Origin: Macrostomum lignano
Taxonomy: Eukaryota
Length of the DNA stretch: 64,000 bases
Assembly: GCA_002269645.1 (NCBI GenBank)
Contig: NIVC01003898.1
Coordinates: 1-64,000 of the forward strand
Direction: 5' to 3'
Under the pieces are notes generated by a model. That model was not told the DNA's origin and ran no database searches. It saw only the letters and a list, made by a program, of their open reading frames with translations. The stretch's first letter is position 1; each line of letters starts with the position of its first letter. The translations under genes and the position numbers were made by a program. Shown in pieces: positions 32,496 through 45,561 of the stretch.

Positions 32496-35059
32496 AGTAA
32501 GAAGGACAATTGCTAGTCCGCAAGCTAGACCAAGCAGAACTGCTCCGCCAGCGGGTTCTAAACTCAGTAGATGGCCAGAAGGACGAAAGTTATTGCTCGA
32601 ATTAGCATTATCATTGATCGCTAAATCATTAGACATAGGAGTGTCTTTGAAGGTGCTGAACCACTGTAGCATTGGAGTGGCCAGCAGGGCAATGCAGACG
32701 GTTGCTGGCCATAGACATTGGCCCAGGGCCGAAGCTTCAACGCGCACGAGAGAGGGGCCTAGCAATGGAGTGGCCAAACACCAAGTCTGCGCTATCCACA
32801 GCCAAGTCACAGTCAGAGCTGTTGTAATCAGAACCGGAAAAAGGAGGCCATCGGGTTGGATCCACAGAATCAGCAGTGCCGCATAGCCAAGCAGAAGGCT
32901 AGAAAGCTGAGCCCAGCGTCCCTGATCGTTCAAGCGCATAGAGCAAATGCAGATGTAGCGAATCTTCCCAATCAGGGATTGATGGAGCCGCTGCTTTCTT
33001 GAACCGCTCCTACTCCCAAAATTTTGGGCCAGCAGCCTAGTCAACTCTTCGCAAGCAACTCCGATCAGGAAAGTTATACTGTAACACCAGAATATTGGGT
33101 GACTGCTCAATCCGGCAACACCCATCAGAGTAAGAAATAAGACATACATCAGTTGAAAACCGCACCAGAGCCAATATTGAGCTATTGGTCGAGTCAGGAT
33201 ATCAGTGAGTGACGAGATATTCTTCAAGGTCGAGGACTTCACAGCTTTAATTTTGCTTGAACGCTTTCTACCCAGTGCGGCCACCGTTGATTCCTCAATA
33301 ATAACCTCGCTACTCTCCATATCGCCACCGATCGCGGCAGTCTTGCTTGCTTTGTCTGCCTCAAACTCGTCGTTTTCAAAGCTTCCAGCTGTGCCACCGT
33401 CGTCCAATTCGATCCCGCTGTCCCCGTTCCAGTCGGCTATCGCAGCTGATCTCATCGCTGGCAAGAGTCGCAATCGAAACCCGCCAGGTACTGAAACCAT
33501 GTCCAACAGTGACAATCCGCCAATAGAGGGCCAAGGGCAGCGCAGGAAGGCGTTGCTACCAGACAGATCTGCAACGGCGCTGACCAACTCCAACGTCCAG
33601 CTTTCGCAAGCATCTGCGTCAGCCTCCGCGGAGTAATCGCACTGGCTGCTGTCTCTAAGTTTGCCCCGTGTCGGTGGTTTCGAATGAGACAGCAGGTGAG
33701 CACCGCTGCCGGAAGCGCGTCTAGATGCTCGCGACGAAGTAATCGGTAAGCCAGGCCGCGGCGTCCACTCAGGGCAGCCCACAAAGTCAGGCTGGACAGG
33801 CGAGAGAGGGACAGTTCGTCAAAACCGCACGTCAGGGCTGCCAGATGACGGGCCTTCGCGTCATCAGAGAGGTCTGCTGGGACCGATCGAGTGCTGTACA
33901 GCGCATGCAGCTTTTCTTCCGTTTCTAATCTTGGACGCAGCCGCTGCCAAAGAGGCGGACTCGAGGCCACTGCGTCAACGAGTCGATCTTGACCTCGCAA
34001 TAGTCCGTGAATAGCGACCAGCTCGGCTAGGTTGTCCAGGGTATCTGGGCAGCGAGTCAGACTCCGGATCAGAGACGGCGATGCGGATTCGAGTTGACGC
34101 GCTAGCGCCATCGGATCGGGGCGGCGACCGAACAGCAAGCGACGAAGCGTCTCAGATGTTGTCGAGAAGGATGGTGAAATTGTAGCGGAAACTGTGGCTG
34201 GGGTCAACGCTGGCGGCGTTGGGTCCTCACCAAACCTGATAAGCCTGAGGCTGGCGTGAAACTGACTAGCCCAGTCATTTTGACAGTCGTCTAATGGGTC
34301 AAGATTGTCATCGGCGTGCCTATCGTTCCGTCTGATTAAATGTCGTTGATCGGCGTCGCTACAGAGGTGACGCGCCAGGCTAAGAATAAGAGGCCCCGCG
34401 CAAGCAAGACGCGGCAGCGCCGTCGCGGTAGCATCTAATGCGGTCGCTCCGCGCCGATCCCTGGCGCCCAGCTCGGCGCGCAACTCCAACAAAAGTGCAA
34501 AAAGTGGCGCATCAGCTCGAATTGCAGCGACGTGAAGCGGACGCTCGCCTGCGCAGCCCTCCGCGTTTACCAGCGACAGATCGTGGCGCGCCAAGCAGTT
34601 AACGGCAGCAAGGCTGCCAGCCAAACAGGCTCGGTGCATCGCCGTGTCTCCGTCGGCGTCTACAGCTGCGGAATCGGCGCCGTGCAGCAGCAGTAGACGC
34701 AGGCAGCCGGTGGAGGCAGCCGACGCGGCCAAATGCAACGGCGTATCGCCCCGAGTGTTCACCGGGCCCGGGCGCGCGCCTAGAGCAAGCAGAGCGCTGG
34801 CTGCCTCGACTGCGTCTGACCTGGCGCAGTAGTGTAGGCCGGTATCGCCGAAACGGTCGCGAACCTCTGCATCGCCGCCGTGCTTGCCGACTAGGCGGAC
34901 AATGTCAGCCCGGTTGTCGGCGCACGCCTGGTGCAACAGCCGGGCTCCGGTGGCTTCGTCTACAGGCGCATTGATCGGCCGGTCGTTGGCGAACAGGGTC
35001 TCTTCCAGCTCGTTGATGACAGACAGTCGGGGCGTTCGAGGACCGGTCGAAGTTGACAT
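32496..35059 (-). CDS. Ankyrin/TRPM-like channel exon 1 (5-6 ankyrin repeats, MHR3/4-like region, S1-S6), with a -1 frameshift at ~33620-33700
   Basis: ORF 33452-35059 has GDT(P/G/A)(L/M)H ankyrin repeats and LTLWAALSGRRGL. Overlapping ORF 32466-33782 has pre-S1 and six hydrophobic segments (PIAQYW, ACEELTRL, LLGPSL). Donor LLT|GTgagt. The exon is 2564 nt, one base short of an in-frame length. Confidence 0.8.
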
Positions 35060-35342
35060 GATGGTGGCAGCTATGGGCTGCTGAGGACTTGCCAGAGAGC
35101 TTTTCCTTTGAGACGGTTTAGTGCGTCTGTCTTCAAATCGTCACGTGAGAAGTGGTACAAATGAACTCGACCGGCGAGTCCTTATTGGCTAGCAGCCTGG
35201 AAAACTGTTAGCAGAGGCCTTTTTCAGGATTATTATTTTTAGGCTTGACACTTGAGCCAATCTTACGACTCAGGCTATTTATTACACTTGCTCTAATGAG
35301 CCGATGTGCAACCGACAACTCGGCGCATCTGAAAGCTGCGTA

Positions 35343-35532
35343 CGGCTGTTCAGTCCAAGGTCTGGGGGGTCACCACACACCCTCAATTACCCCAGCTAAT
35401 GCTGGTACCAATTATACAGCAGAGTGGACTGAGTTTTTTGCTCAAGGACACAAATTGTTCCGAGTGGGCCGAGAATCGAACCCCCAACCTTTCATTTGTG
35501 AGTTGGGCGCTCTAACGCCTAGGCTACAACCC
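35343..35532 (-). mobile_element. tRNA-derived CORE-type SINE, family B, copy 1
   Basis: Head gggttgtagcctaggcgttagagc...ggggttcgattctc, then ttgtgtccttgagcaa. Homologous to 48934-49135. Confidence 0.75.
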
Positions 35533-36477
35533 TTGCCTTGGGATTGATACAATAGAAATAAGGTTTGCCTAGGGGATATAAAACCCACCATGACTTTATT
35601 AATTCTCGTCCTCGTATATCTTCTGATACGGTAGTATCGCCAGAAACTATAAGTTAAGCACATTTGGCCGCGGTTAGCTTCAATGTACTTTTAAAGTGGC
35701 GATGCACATTTAAGAGCCGGATCGGATTAGTGATTTCATCCAAGAAAATTAATCCTCAAAACTACAGGTTGGATGCACTGTCCAAAAATAACCAGGAAGA
35801 AGTATAAAAATCGTTCCCTACAGAGGTTTCGATCGGTTAAAGGGGTTGCTGAGAAAAAGGCTGCAAAAAACGACGAGATAGGCAACTTGAAGCGCCTTTA
35901 CCACCAGAGCTCTCGTGCGCGCGATGGCGATCCGGGCCGCTGGAATTAATTGGATTTTCTAGAAACCATCGGCCACCGACTCTGCGCACTCCTCACTGCA
36001 TCCTATACTCTTCATCACGTTCCCGCTCATATCTCTTCGCACTCTCACTTTCTTTTCTTCTTCCACTTTGCCTCCTGTCTCTCTCAGTTTTCTACTCGGA
36101 TCTCCCTCCGATTTTATTATTCCCGGCCTCCTCTCCACTCTCTCAAACTTCTCGCGTGCTCTGGACATTTTTGTCTGAAAGTCGGGCTCCCCTCACCCGT
36201 CCACCCAGGTCGCTATCTGGGTCTCCGCACTTCTGAAAAATGAGGACAGTCTGAAGCAGCAGCCTTGTTGCTCATGGGCTCGCCAGTGCTCTTTACCGAG
36301 TGAAAAACTTTTTTCCCATCTTATTCTGAGTCTCTATGCATCCAGTGTGTTATTTGGGCGCCGTTTTGCAGCTAAAACTAATCTAATAATTCTATTAGCT
36401 ATGAGGAATCCGTTTAAGCTAATGAGAACTGTGGCCCAGGCCTGTACCTCATAAACTGCTTTGCTGACTTACTATGC

Positions 36478-36780
<303 letters not shown>

Positions 36781-37629
36781 TGTTAATGGGCTCATCCAGA
36801 CGTTTAATTATGAGAATGCGTAAGCGCTTGCTGTTAGTAGTAACGATTGAGGTCGCCCATAACTAGGCTTATTTTCTAAAGAAGAAAAGTCTAATGCGTG
36901 CATTATATTTGAGCTTTACCTGTCTGTCAGAATCAGTTTTCTTTGTCACCTCTAAGGATCAAGCCGATTAACTTTTGAGTTGATGCAAATGTTTTGGTGC
37001 CTTCGTATTGAAGAAATGTTTTTTGAAATGTTTTTTGAAGTCTATAACAAAATCTAAACTTATAAGAGCTACTTGTTTTTATAATTGATAATCATCATTC
37101 AAATTGGTTTGCCACATAAAACTACTATACATGGCAATAACAGTAGCTGATACAACTAAAAAAAAGTATCATAGCTACATTATGCAAACGAATTCCATGC
37201 AATTGCAGCTTTTCCTGAATAAATTCTTTTATTCTATTCCGGCAATATTTGGAGCAATGGGTGGCGGGAAATGTCTTTGAACCAGCTGATGCCCAGCCGG
37301 GTTGCCAAACAGCTTGAAGATAAGCTGGTTGCATAATTTAGCAGTGAGCCTGCCACGCAGATAAAATGACATGAGGCCATTTCAAAACGAGCCTTACGGA
37401 TAACCAGTAGCTGCAGAATACAGCTGGCTCTGTTCCTGAACAAAATTAATAATATCTGGTCACTGAGTGTCTCTTCAATTATTTGGATTGATGCGTTGAG
37501 TATATGCAAAATTATTAAGTATTACACAAACAGCCAACTCAAGAAGGGCTCTTCACACGAAAATATCTGTGCACTGCAGGCCCGTTTTTGGCTGCAAAGT
37601 GCATTGGCTGTTTGGTAGATAGGCAGACG

Positions 37630-38160
<531 letters not shown>

Positions 38161-38932
38161 GAAAAGGGAATAGTAATACGTTTGAAAATAAAATCCATCA
38201 ATAAACAAAGTGCTCGAAGTCTATTTCATGATTTACACAAGTATGTGTGTAATGAAAAATTAGAAGTTATATACAGCTGAACTCATAATGGCCATCGAGA
38301 AAATTGAGAAAGTTGATATTCTAAGAGAACAGTACATGTACACCACATTGTACATTACGGCTACATCATCCCAGCACTTAGAACTCCTGTCCAATTGGCA
38401 GAGCAATGTTAATCACAAATCGATGTTTTTTTCCAGATTTTAAGCTTCTCCTATTGTATCGGCCGAGAGTCAAGTGACTTCCTGTCTGTCTAAAGTCGAC
38501 TGCAAAAAAGCTGAGTCAGTCTGGGTGAATTCAGAAGGGAAACCGTATGAGATGCATGCATATTGTCGCGGTGGCATTCTCTCAGCGACAATAAGAGCTA
38601 GCTAACCCTACAAAAATCGCTGGCTCCATTGTTTTTCAAAAGCAGCGAACACTGTAAATGCATTTAGCTAGTAAAATTCTACTCACTCTTGCCGAAATGA
38701 GAGGCCGAAAAAAGCAGTGCATGCCTAAATAATGCGAGGTAGCGATTGCATTGAGTGCCAGCCTCTCTAACCCCCACCATTCGTCAGCCTAAAAATTGTT
38801 CCCATCTGCCTCAAAGCTGTTGCCGTCCCCGCATGCAATATCCTATCACGAGCTGGCAGACAGACCAGCGGCTACATGGATAGATCTTTATAGATAGATT
38901 AGATAGACAGGCTCAATCGATCGCGGGCGGCA

Positions 38933-39529
38933 ATGTCAAACCGTCATCACCAACAAATTCGAATTTACCAGCAGCAGGCCCAGCATCAGCAATTCGTGTG
39001 GGATCTGCTGCCCAGTTCTGCGGCAACCGCTGCCGCCAACAACTTGGTCGCTCCGAGCGCCGAGGTCAACCGGGCGAGGTCGGCCACGTCGCATCAGCCG
39101 CGAACGCAGGCGCTGTCGCCTCCGCCACGGCTGATGTCAGGCGAGGAGGCGGCTCGCTTGGCGGAACTCTACAAGAGGAAAGTGGCGAAAAATTCGAACA
39201 ATTCCAAATCGGCTGAGAGACGCTACGAACTCGTGGCCACTTTTGCTTTGAAAAACGGTCGAATAACATCTTATTATTCGCATAGAAACCGACCGGACGC
39301 GGTGCCGTTCCAAATCACCGAGAGGCGCAGACGAATCCTCAGGGAGTATTACAGTCGAGGCGAGCAATGGATCGCTCTGTACGTCAACGAGATGGAATTT
39401 GAGCACTACATGCCCCTGCTCTGGTGCCGGGCCTCCACTATGGCTGATACAACGGCGGCAAATCAGCCAGCCTGCAATAACAGACGACGCGTCTCGAATA
39501 GTCTTAAGAACATTTTTGGACTTCGATGA
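38933..39529 (+). CDS. Single-exon hypothetical protein, 198 aa
   Basis: GC-rich ATG-initiated ORF standing out from AT-rich flanks. Gln/Ala-rich N-terminus as in neighbouring genes, and a complex aromatic-rich C-terminal half. No family recognised. Confidence 0.6.
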   Translation: MSNRHHQQIRIYQQQAQHQQFVWDLLPSSAATAAANNLVAPSAEVNRARSATSHQPRTQALSPPPRLMSGEEAARLAELYKRKVAKNSNNSKSAERRYELVATFALKNGRITSYYSHRNRPDAVPFQITERRRRILREYYSRGEQWIALYVNEMEFEHYMPLLWCRASTMADTTAANQPACNNRRRVSNSLKNIFGLR

Positions 39530-39609
39530 ATTCGCCAATTCTTTTTGAGAAAATTTACGTTCAGATGTATAATTTTAATAATTAACTTTATAATCGTAGC
39601 TAAATATTT

Positions 39610-40298
<689 letters not shown>

Positions 40299-41716
40299 TT
40301 TCATTTAATTTCGGCGTCCGAATGAACAGAATGATAGAATTCGATTCCTCAGTCATGCGTTCAAAACTGTAGATTCGTTAATTAAAAATCATAATTTTGT
40401 TACAAATATTCAATTGAAGGCCTCTCAGCCATTGACAAACATTTATGAGACATTATTTGCCGCATCCTACTTCTAGTAGTCGTTAAATTGAACTGTCAGA
40501 ACTCCTTCTAGAATCTAGAGCCCCATGAAGGTTCAGGAAAAGCTTATTTCATGCGTAGCAGAAAATATTGCATATGCCATTGACGATGGATCCAAGGGAC
40601 CATTAACTGTCTAGAAATCTAATTTTTCTTTACCGGTTTGTCGTTTCTAAGAAAATCTAATTCGAAGAGTAACAATAGCTTTTTTTTCCTGTTTCTTAAG
40701 CACAATATAACGATGGTTTTTTATTTAAAATTAGGGTCCGGTTTAATTACAGACGATAAGGGAATTAATCCGACGATGTACACACTTCTGTTATAATAGA
40801 TCTACGCGTATTGCAACAAAATTTTAACATTCAAAGATACGTCAGTCGAAGGAAAATTAAAAAAATCATCAAACGGATCTTCTACGAATTGATGAAAATC
40901 ATCTTTGCGGTATCTCAATGCTGCTCTGCATGACTAGAAACTTACTGCTTGTAATTTTTTTACGCCGGGTTTGCAGCAATTTCAAAAGCATGCTTCGCCC
41001 ATTCGATTCCTGTATAACAAAACTTGTCAAGTAGGGGTTGCTGTCTCATTTATAGGGCCTACCGATAATTGGTTGAGATAGTTGGTGCATACTACTGTTA
41101 AGATGTACTACTGTAAATAGAGACTCACAACTAGGTACATCTATACAGAAAACTATGTTGTGGAAACTACGAGCATTCACAAGCAAATGACACTTAGCAA
41201 GAGGCAGGCTACCAATGTGTACTGTTTAAAATGATCGATCTCACAACAGAGGACAGAGAATAGCTTTGACTATGCAGCTTTGGAGATTTAGAATATGGAC
41301 ACACCAAGTTGAGGGTCTATAGAACAAAGACAACAGGCAATTTTCGACTGAGAAGCTCGACAAAGAGACCTATAGCATTAGCCTAGCAAGCTTCGCATTA
41401 AACATTCAAACTTGCTTTGAAAAAAAAAACGGAGGGTAAGCATTATTCAAGAGAGCGTATTTGTGCGGAAAACCTCGATTCACTCTGGCCGTAGAGCTTG
41501 GAATTAGCAAGTACAAGCTAGCAACCGAAGTCAGTGTTCCCTTATGACAAAGAGCTTTTTGTGTAAGACTTTTAATGAATTCCTTGTGCGGGAGTTCAAA
41601 GTCTAAGACAGTTCCAAGACAGACCCGAGTGTTGGACGCGTTACCGTGCTGTCGATCTTTTCAATAAATTTAAAGGCGCTGAGTTCTGTCTTAAAGAAAA
41701 TCTCTAACAACGTGAG

Positions 41717-42025
41717 TCACATATCCGCGGTGGCGCAGATGCTGTCTGAGTCGTCTCTGTGAGCGTTCAGCTGCACCATCGACAGGCAGTCTCCGCTGGT
41801 TCCGTCCGCATCTTGGTTATCGTCTTTGTTCCGAGGAATTTTTGAATATTTCGCAGCTAGGAGTGGCATATTCTGCTCAGATTTTCTGTTGTTATTAATC
41901 GGATGCGAGCCCAGGTTGTGGGCCGCGGCAGCAGCGCCTGCGGCGGCTGCGAAGTGGCTGGCGGGGGCCGGCGACTGGACGCAGCTGCGCTGGAGGACAC
42001 TGCCTGTCACCGGCTGGACAAAGCG
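41717..42025 (-). CDS. Neuropeptide GPCR exon 5 (C-terminal tail)
   Basis: Acceptor cccctcAG|cgc, in frame after the phase-0 exon 4. Reads RFVQPVTGSVLQ...CATADM*. Confidence 0.7.
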   Translation of the reverse strand, partial: RFVQPVTGSVLQRSCVQSPAPASHFAAAAGAAAAAHNLGSHPINNNRKSEQNMPLLAAKYSKIPRNKDDNQDADGTSGDCLSMVQLNAHRDDSDSICATADM

Positions 42026-42262
42026 CTGAGGGGCCGGAGATGGAGGTGCATTCAACGGCTTTTATACATTTCGCCGTCATCCCGAGTTCCCTTCCAGTTG
42101 CTTCTTCCAATTGATCTCCAAAATCGTCTCTCATCCCAGAATATTGTCTCTTTTAAGGAATTTGGACTCCCTACAGGTCGTGTACAAAGAAGCTAAGAAA
42201 CCAACAATCCCCCTTCTGGATTCCGAGTCTCCTAAAGAGAGTAATCTCAAACTCGAACTCAC

Positions 42263-42533
42263 GCATCTCAGTGTGTTGAGAAAATTAGTCCGATAGCTTT
42301 TGCTGAAGGCGCAATAAATCCAGGGATTAACGCAGCAGTTGCTGATCCCAATCCACTGTACCAGCGATGGCAGCGCGGGACCAAAGGATTCCATGTAGAC
42401 TCGCACTGTCCGGGAGAAGAACAGCACGGAGATGAGGTGCAGCGGCAGCCAGGAGATGGCGAAGATGAGCACAACAGTGACCAGCATCTTCACTAGACGG
42501 CTCATCTGCCTGCGATCGTTGGCTGTTGACGAT
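42263..42533 (-). CDS. Neuropeptide GPCR exon 4 (TM6-TM7, helix 8)
   Basis: VKMLVTVVLIFAISWLPLH...ISNCCVNPWIYCAFSKSYR. Flanked by ttccAG and GTgagt. Confidence 0.92.
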
Positions 42534-42871
42534 CTGGAATGCGAGGAAGATGTGAACATACATGAAATCGAATTTTCATTTAATTATCTATCATATAATT
42601 AAATTTAGAGTAAGTTGTCCCAGTTACTACTGATGAGTAATACAGCTAGAATGCGTGTTTTTATCGAAAATATAACATAGTGATTTCAGATAAACAGATT
42701 GTGTACAGATTGTACAGCGCTGAGAATAATTAAATGACCAACCTGAATAACAACTGTTGGTTCTGCAGAGCGGCGACCCTATCACAACATGGGAGACTGG
42801 AACTCAACATCAAAAACACGGTACGTCGTACCTCCTGGAACGCACACAACATAACAGTCATGAAAAAGTCC

Positions 42872-43190
42872 AATTGCAGTCCCGCCACATCCTTGCAGTC
42901 CTGACACATCCTTGCAGTCCTGACACAACCATCCTTGCAGTCCTGACACATCCTTGCAGTCCTGACACATCCTTGCAGTCCTGACACAACCGTCCTTGCA
43001 GTCCTGACACAACCATCCTTGCAGTTTTGACACAACCATCCTTACAGTCCTGACACAACCATCCTTGCAGTCCTGACACAACCATTCTTGCAGTCCTGAC
43101 ACAACCATCCTTGAAGTCCTGACACAACCGTCCTTGCAGTCCTGACACAACCATCCTTGCAGTTTTGACACAACCATCCTTACAGTCCTG
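42872..43190. repeat. 19/23-bp minisatellite (tccttgcagtcctgacacaacca)
   Basis: The core tgcagtcctgacac is the reverse complement of the core of the array at 43600-43862. Confidence 0.9.
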
Positions 43191-43599
43191 ACAGGGGTTA
43201 CTCTGTCCCAATCACAGGATGAAAAAGCTTCAATATTCTTTGTTGCCATTTATTAAATACGATAACTCTGTAAAAATGAATTTCCAGCAGGGATCGGCAG
43301 TTCTCAATTTAGAATTAGGCCAAAGATAGAAGGATGCGCGGCAGAAAATATTCGTACATCCAATTAAAGGTGGACAGGAGACTCTCGAGAGCGCACTTTT
43401 AATCCCTCGGAATGGAATTTGCAGCCTCTCCCCAGACCTGGGGAGAAAGAAGGGCCTAGCTACTGAGAGGCTTGAGAGGGCCTTGAACTGTAGAAGTTGA
43501 TATCTTGGAGAGCCGATCCTTCGTACACGCCTTCATTTTCATTTTCATTTTCATTTTCAGGTCATTCCTCTGACCCCTGAGCACGCAGGCACACTGTGT

Positions 43600-43862
43600 C
43601 AAGGCTGCAGTGAGTGCGACAGGACTGCAGTGAGTGTGTCAGGACTTGCAGTAAAATGTGTCATCACTGCAGTGAAATGTGTCAGGACTGCAGTGAAATG
43701 TGTCAGTACTGCAGTTAAATGTGTCAGGACTGGCAGTAAAATGTGTCATCACTGCAGTGAAATGTGTCAGGACTGCAGTGAAATGTGTCAGGACTGCAGT
43801 GAAATGTGTCAGGACTGCAGTAAATGTGTCAGAACTGGCAGTGAAATGTGTCAGTACTGCAG
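43600..43862. repeat. ~21-bp minisatellite (gtgtcaggactgcagtgaaat)
   Basis: Inverted relative to 42872-43190. Confidence 0.9.
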
Positions 43863-44184
43863 GGAGCACAAAAAATCAATTAAAGATTTCGTAAAAAATC
43901 TTATAAAAAAAGATTTTTTCCATCTTTTCTTTTTTCAAGTAAAATTCGAAGGTAAAAACCCGGTGAAGGCCTGGGACGAGAAACAAGAGTTAAAAGAACC
44001 TTTTATCCATTTCATCTGCACGCAATTATAAACTTGTCACTCTTAATTTAGTAACTCGATTGGAATACAGATTTTCCAATTTCTAATTCTGGCGCTAAAA
44101 AGTACAGCTTTGCGCGAAATGTACATTTTATCAATCTGTGATTTTCATTTAAGCACCTCATCAAAAAAAATTGCGCAAGTAAGC

Positions 44185-44363
44185 ATCCCAATGACCAATT
44201 TGGAATCCTATAATGACCAATTTGGCATCCCAATGACCAACAATTTGGAATCCTAATGACCAATTTGGCATCCTATAATGACCAAGTTGGCATCCCAATG
44301 ACCAACAATTTGGAATCATAATGACCAATTTGGCATCCTATAATGACCAATTTGGAATCCTAA
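44185..44363. repeat. ~20-bp minisatellite (tggaatcctaatgaccaatt), left part
   Basis: Continues at 45562-45975 after the LTR insertion. Confidence 0.9.
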
Positions 44364-45561
44364 TGTAGTGTGAGCATCTTTGCGTGTATTTTGTTGTAAA
44401 TTGACTGCATTAGTTTCTATATTGTTATTGAATTGTTATTTTGCTTTAGTTTAGTCATACGTTTTTGGTGTACTTTTTCCTTGTTAGTTGGAATCAATTT
44501 TGCGTAAACAGGTTAGACGTCAGACGCCATTTGTGACTCAGCGGAGGGTTGAGTTTGTCTGCGAACCCCAGCTTTGCGCGGCCAGCCAATCAGAACCGGC
44601 CTGGACCCTGGCACGCGGCAAGTTTCAATTCTACCCGGCGCCGCGGGCACAGTGCAATTCGGCTTAAGCAAGCGGCCGGCCAGACGACCACCACCCGGCT
44701 TGAGGGGGGTTTTGAGGGGTTGTGACTCTGACTATATATGAAAGTGTGTTTTGGCAATCGGATCTCGCCTTCTTCTCGCTCCCTTTCCCCGGTTTTGTCT
44801 TGTCCAGTTCCCGGCCGGTGGCCCGATTTCTCCTCTCTTGTTGGTTCGCGCTTTGAGGCGCCTGAATTCATCACCCCCGGTCCATATCTTTGTCCCCGCC
44901 CAACCGCAGTAGTCTTGTGGCGTAACGTCTACGGCAAATTTCTGTCTGAAGTCGTCGCTATCAAGCGCGGTTAGATAGAGACTGTCGGATCTGATCAAGT
45001 ACGCGGCCTCGACCCCGAGGGCCTCAGTGTTACACTGAAGGGCAGTGCCGATAGAATTTAGTCGGTACTCCGTTGAACGGTCGGTTCGGCAGGGCTCTCG
45101 TTTGAGTGTAGGTTCTGGCTTAGGCCAGGGGTTAGGAGTCTTTCTCCGTGGTCCTGTGTTCGGTGCCTCCTTCTTCTTCTTCAAGCTGAGATCCGCTTGT
45201 CAGTGCGTAATATAATCATTATTATTAATCGTTATTATTCGTTATCATCAGTCTAATTATCTGCGTCGCGAATTTGCTTGAATCCTGTAACTTGAGTAAT
45301 CAAATTAAACCGTCTAGCCAATCATCAGTGGCATCACATAGGATTATCACTCTCTAAATCTTTCGGTTTGTGTTCCCTCGTGTTCTTTCTTTTCTTGTAC
45401 TGTACCTGCGGCTATTGGAGAAAGACTGGTAGGACTCGCCGACCGGCGATAGGCGATTAGGATTAATAGCTTTAAAATCTCTGACGCTCCAAGTAGGTTT
45501 GTCTAGGGCCTAATTAATTGCTCGCCGTGCATGCTATTTATCTAATTGCCTATTTATCACA
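44364..45561 (+). mobile_element. Solo LTR (1198 bp) with 4-bp TSD CTAA
   Basis: ctaa|TGTAG...TCACA|ctaa. TG..CA termini, CCAAT box (gccaatcag ~44585) and TATA-like tatatatg ~44733. Splits a minisatellite. Confidence 0.8.

Noticed and set aside
35455-35532. Possible tRNA genes (also 48541-48610, 49065-49135, 59490-59530)
   Set aside because: A/B boxes are present but there is no paired acceptor or anticodon stem, and they continue into shared SINE bodies or are fragments.
42630-42672. Hammerhead-like CTGATGA...GAAA (also CTGATGA at 63782 and on the minus strand at ~15350)
   Set aside because: No convincing stem II or stems I/III can be formed; an Infernal search would settle it.
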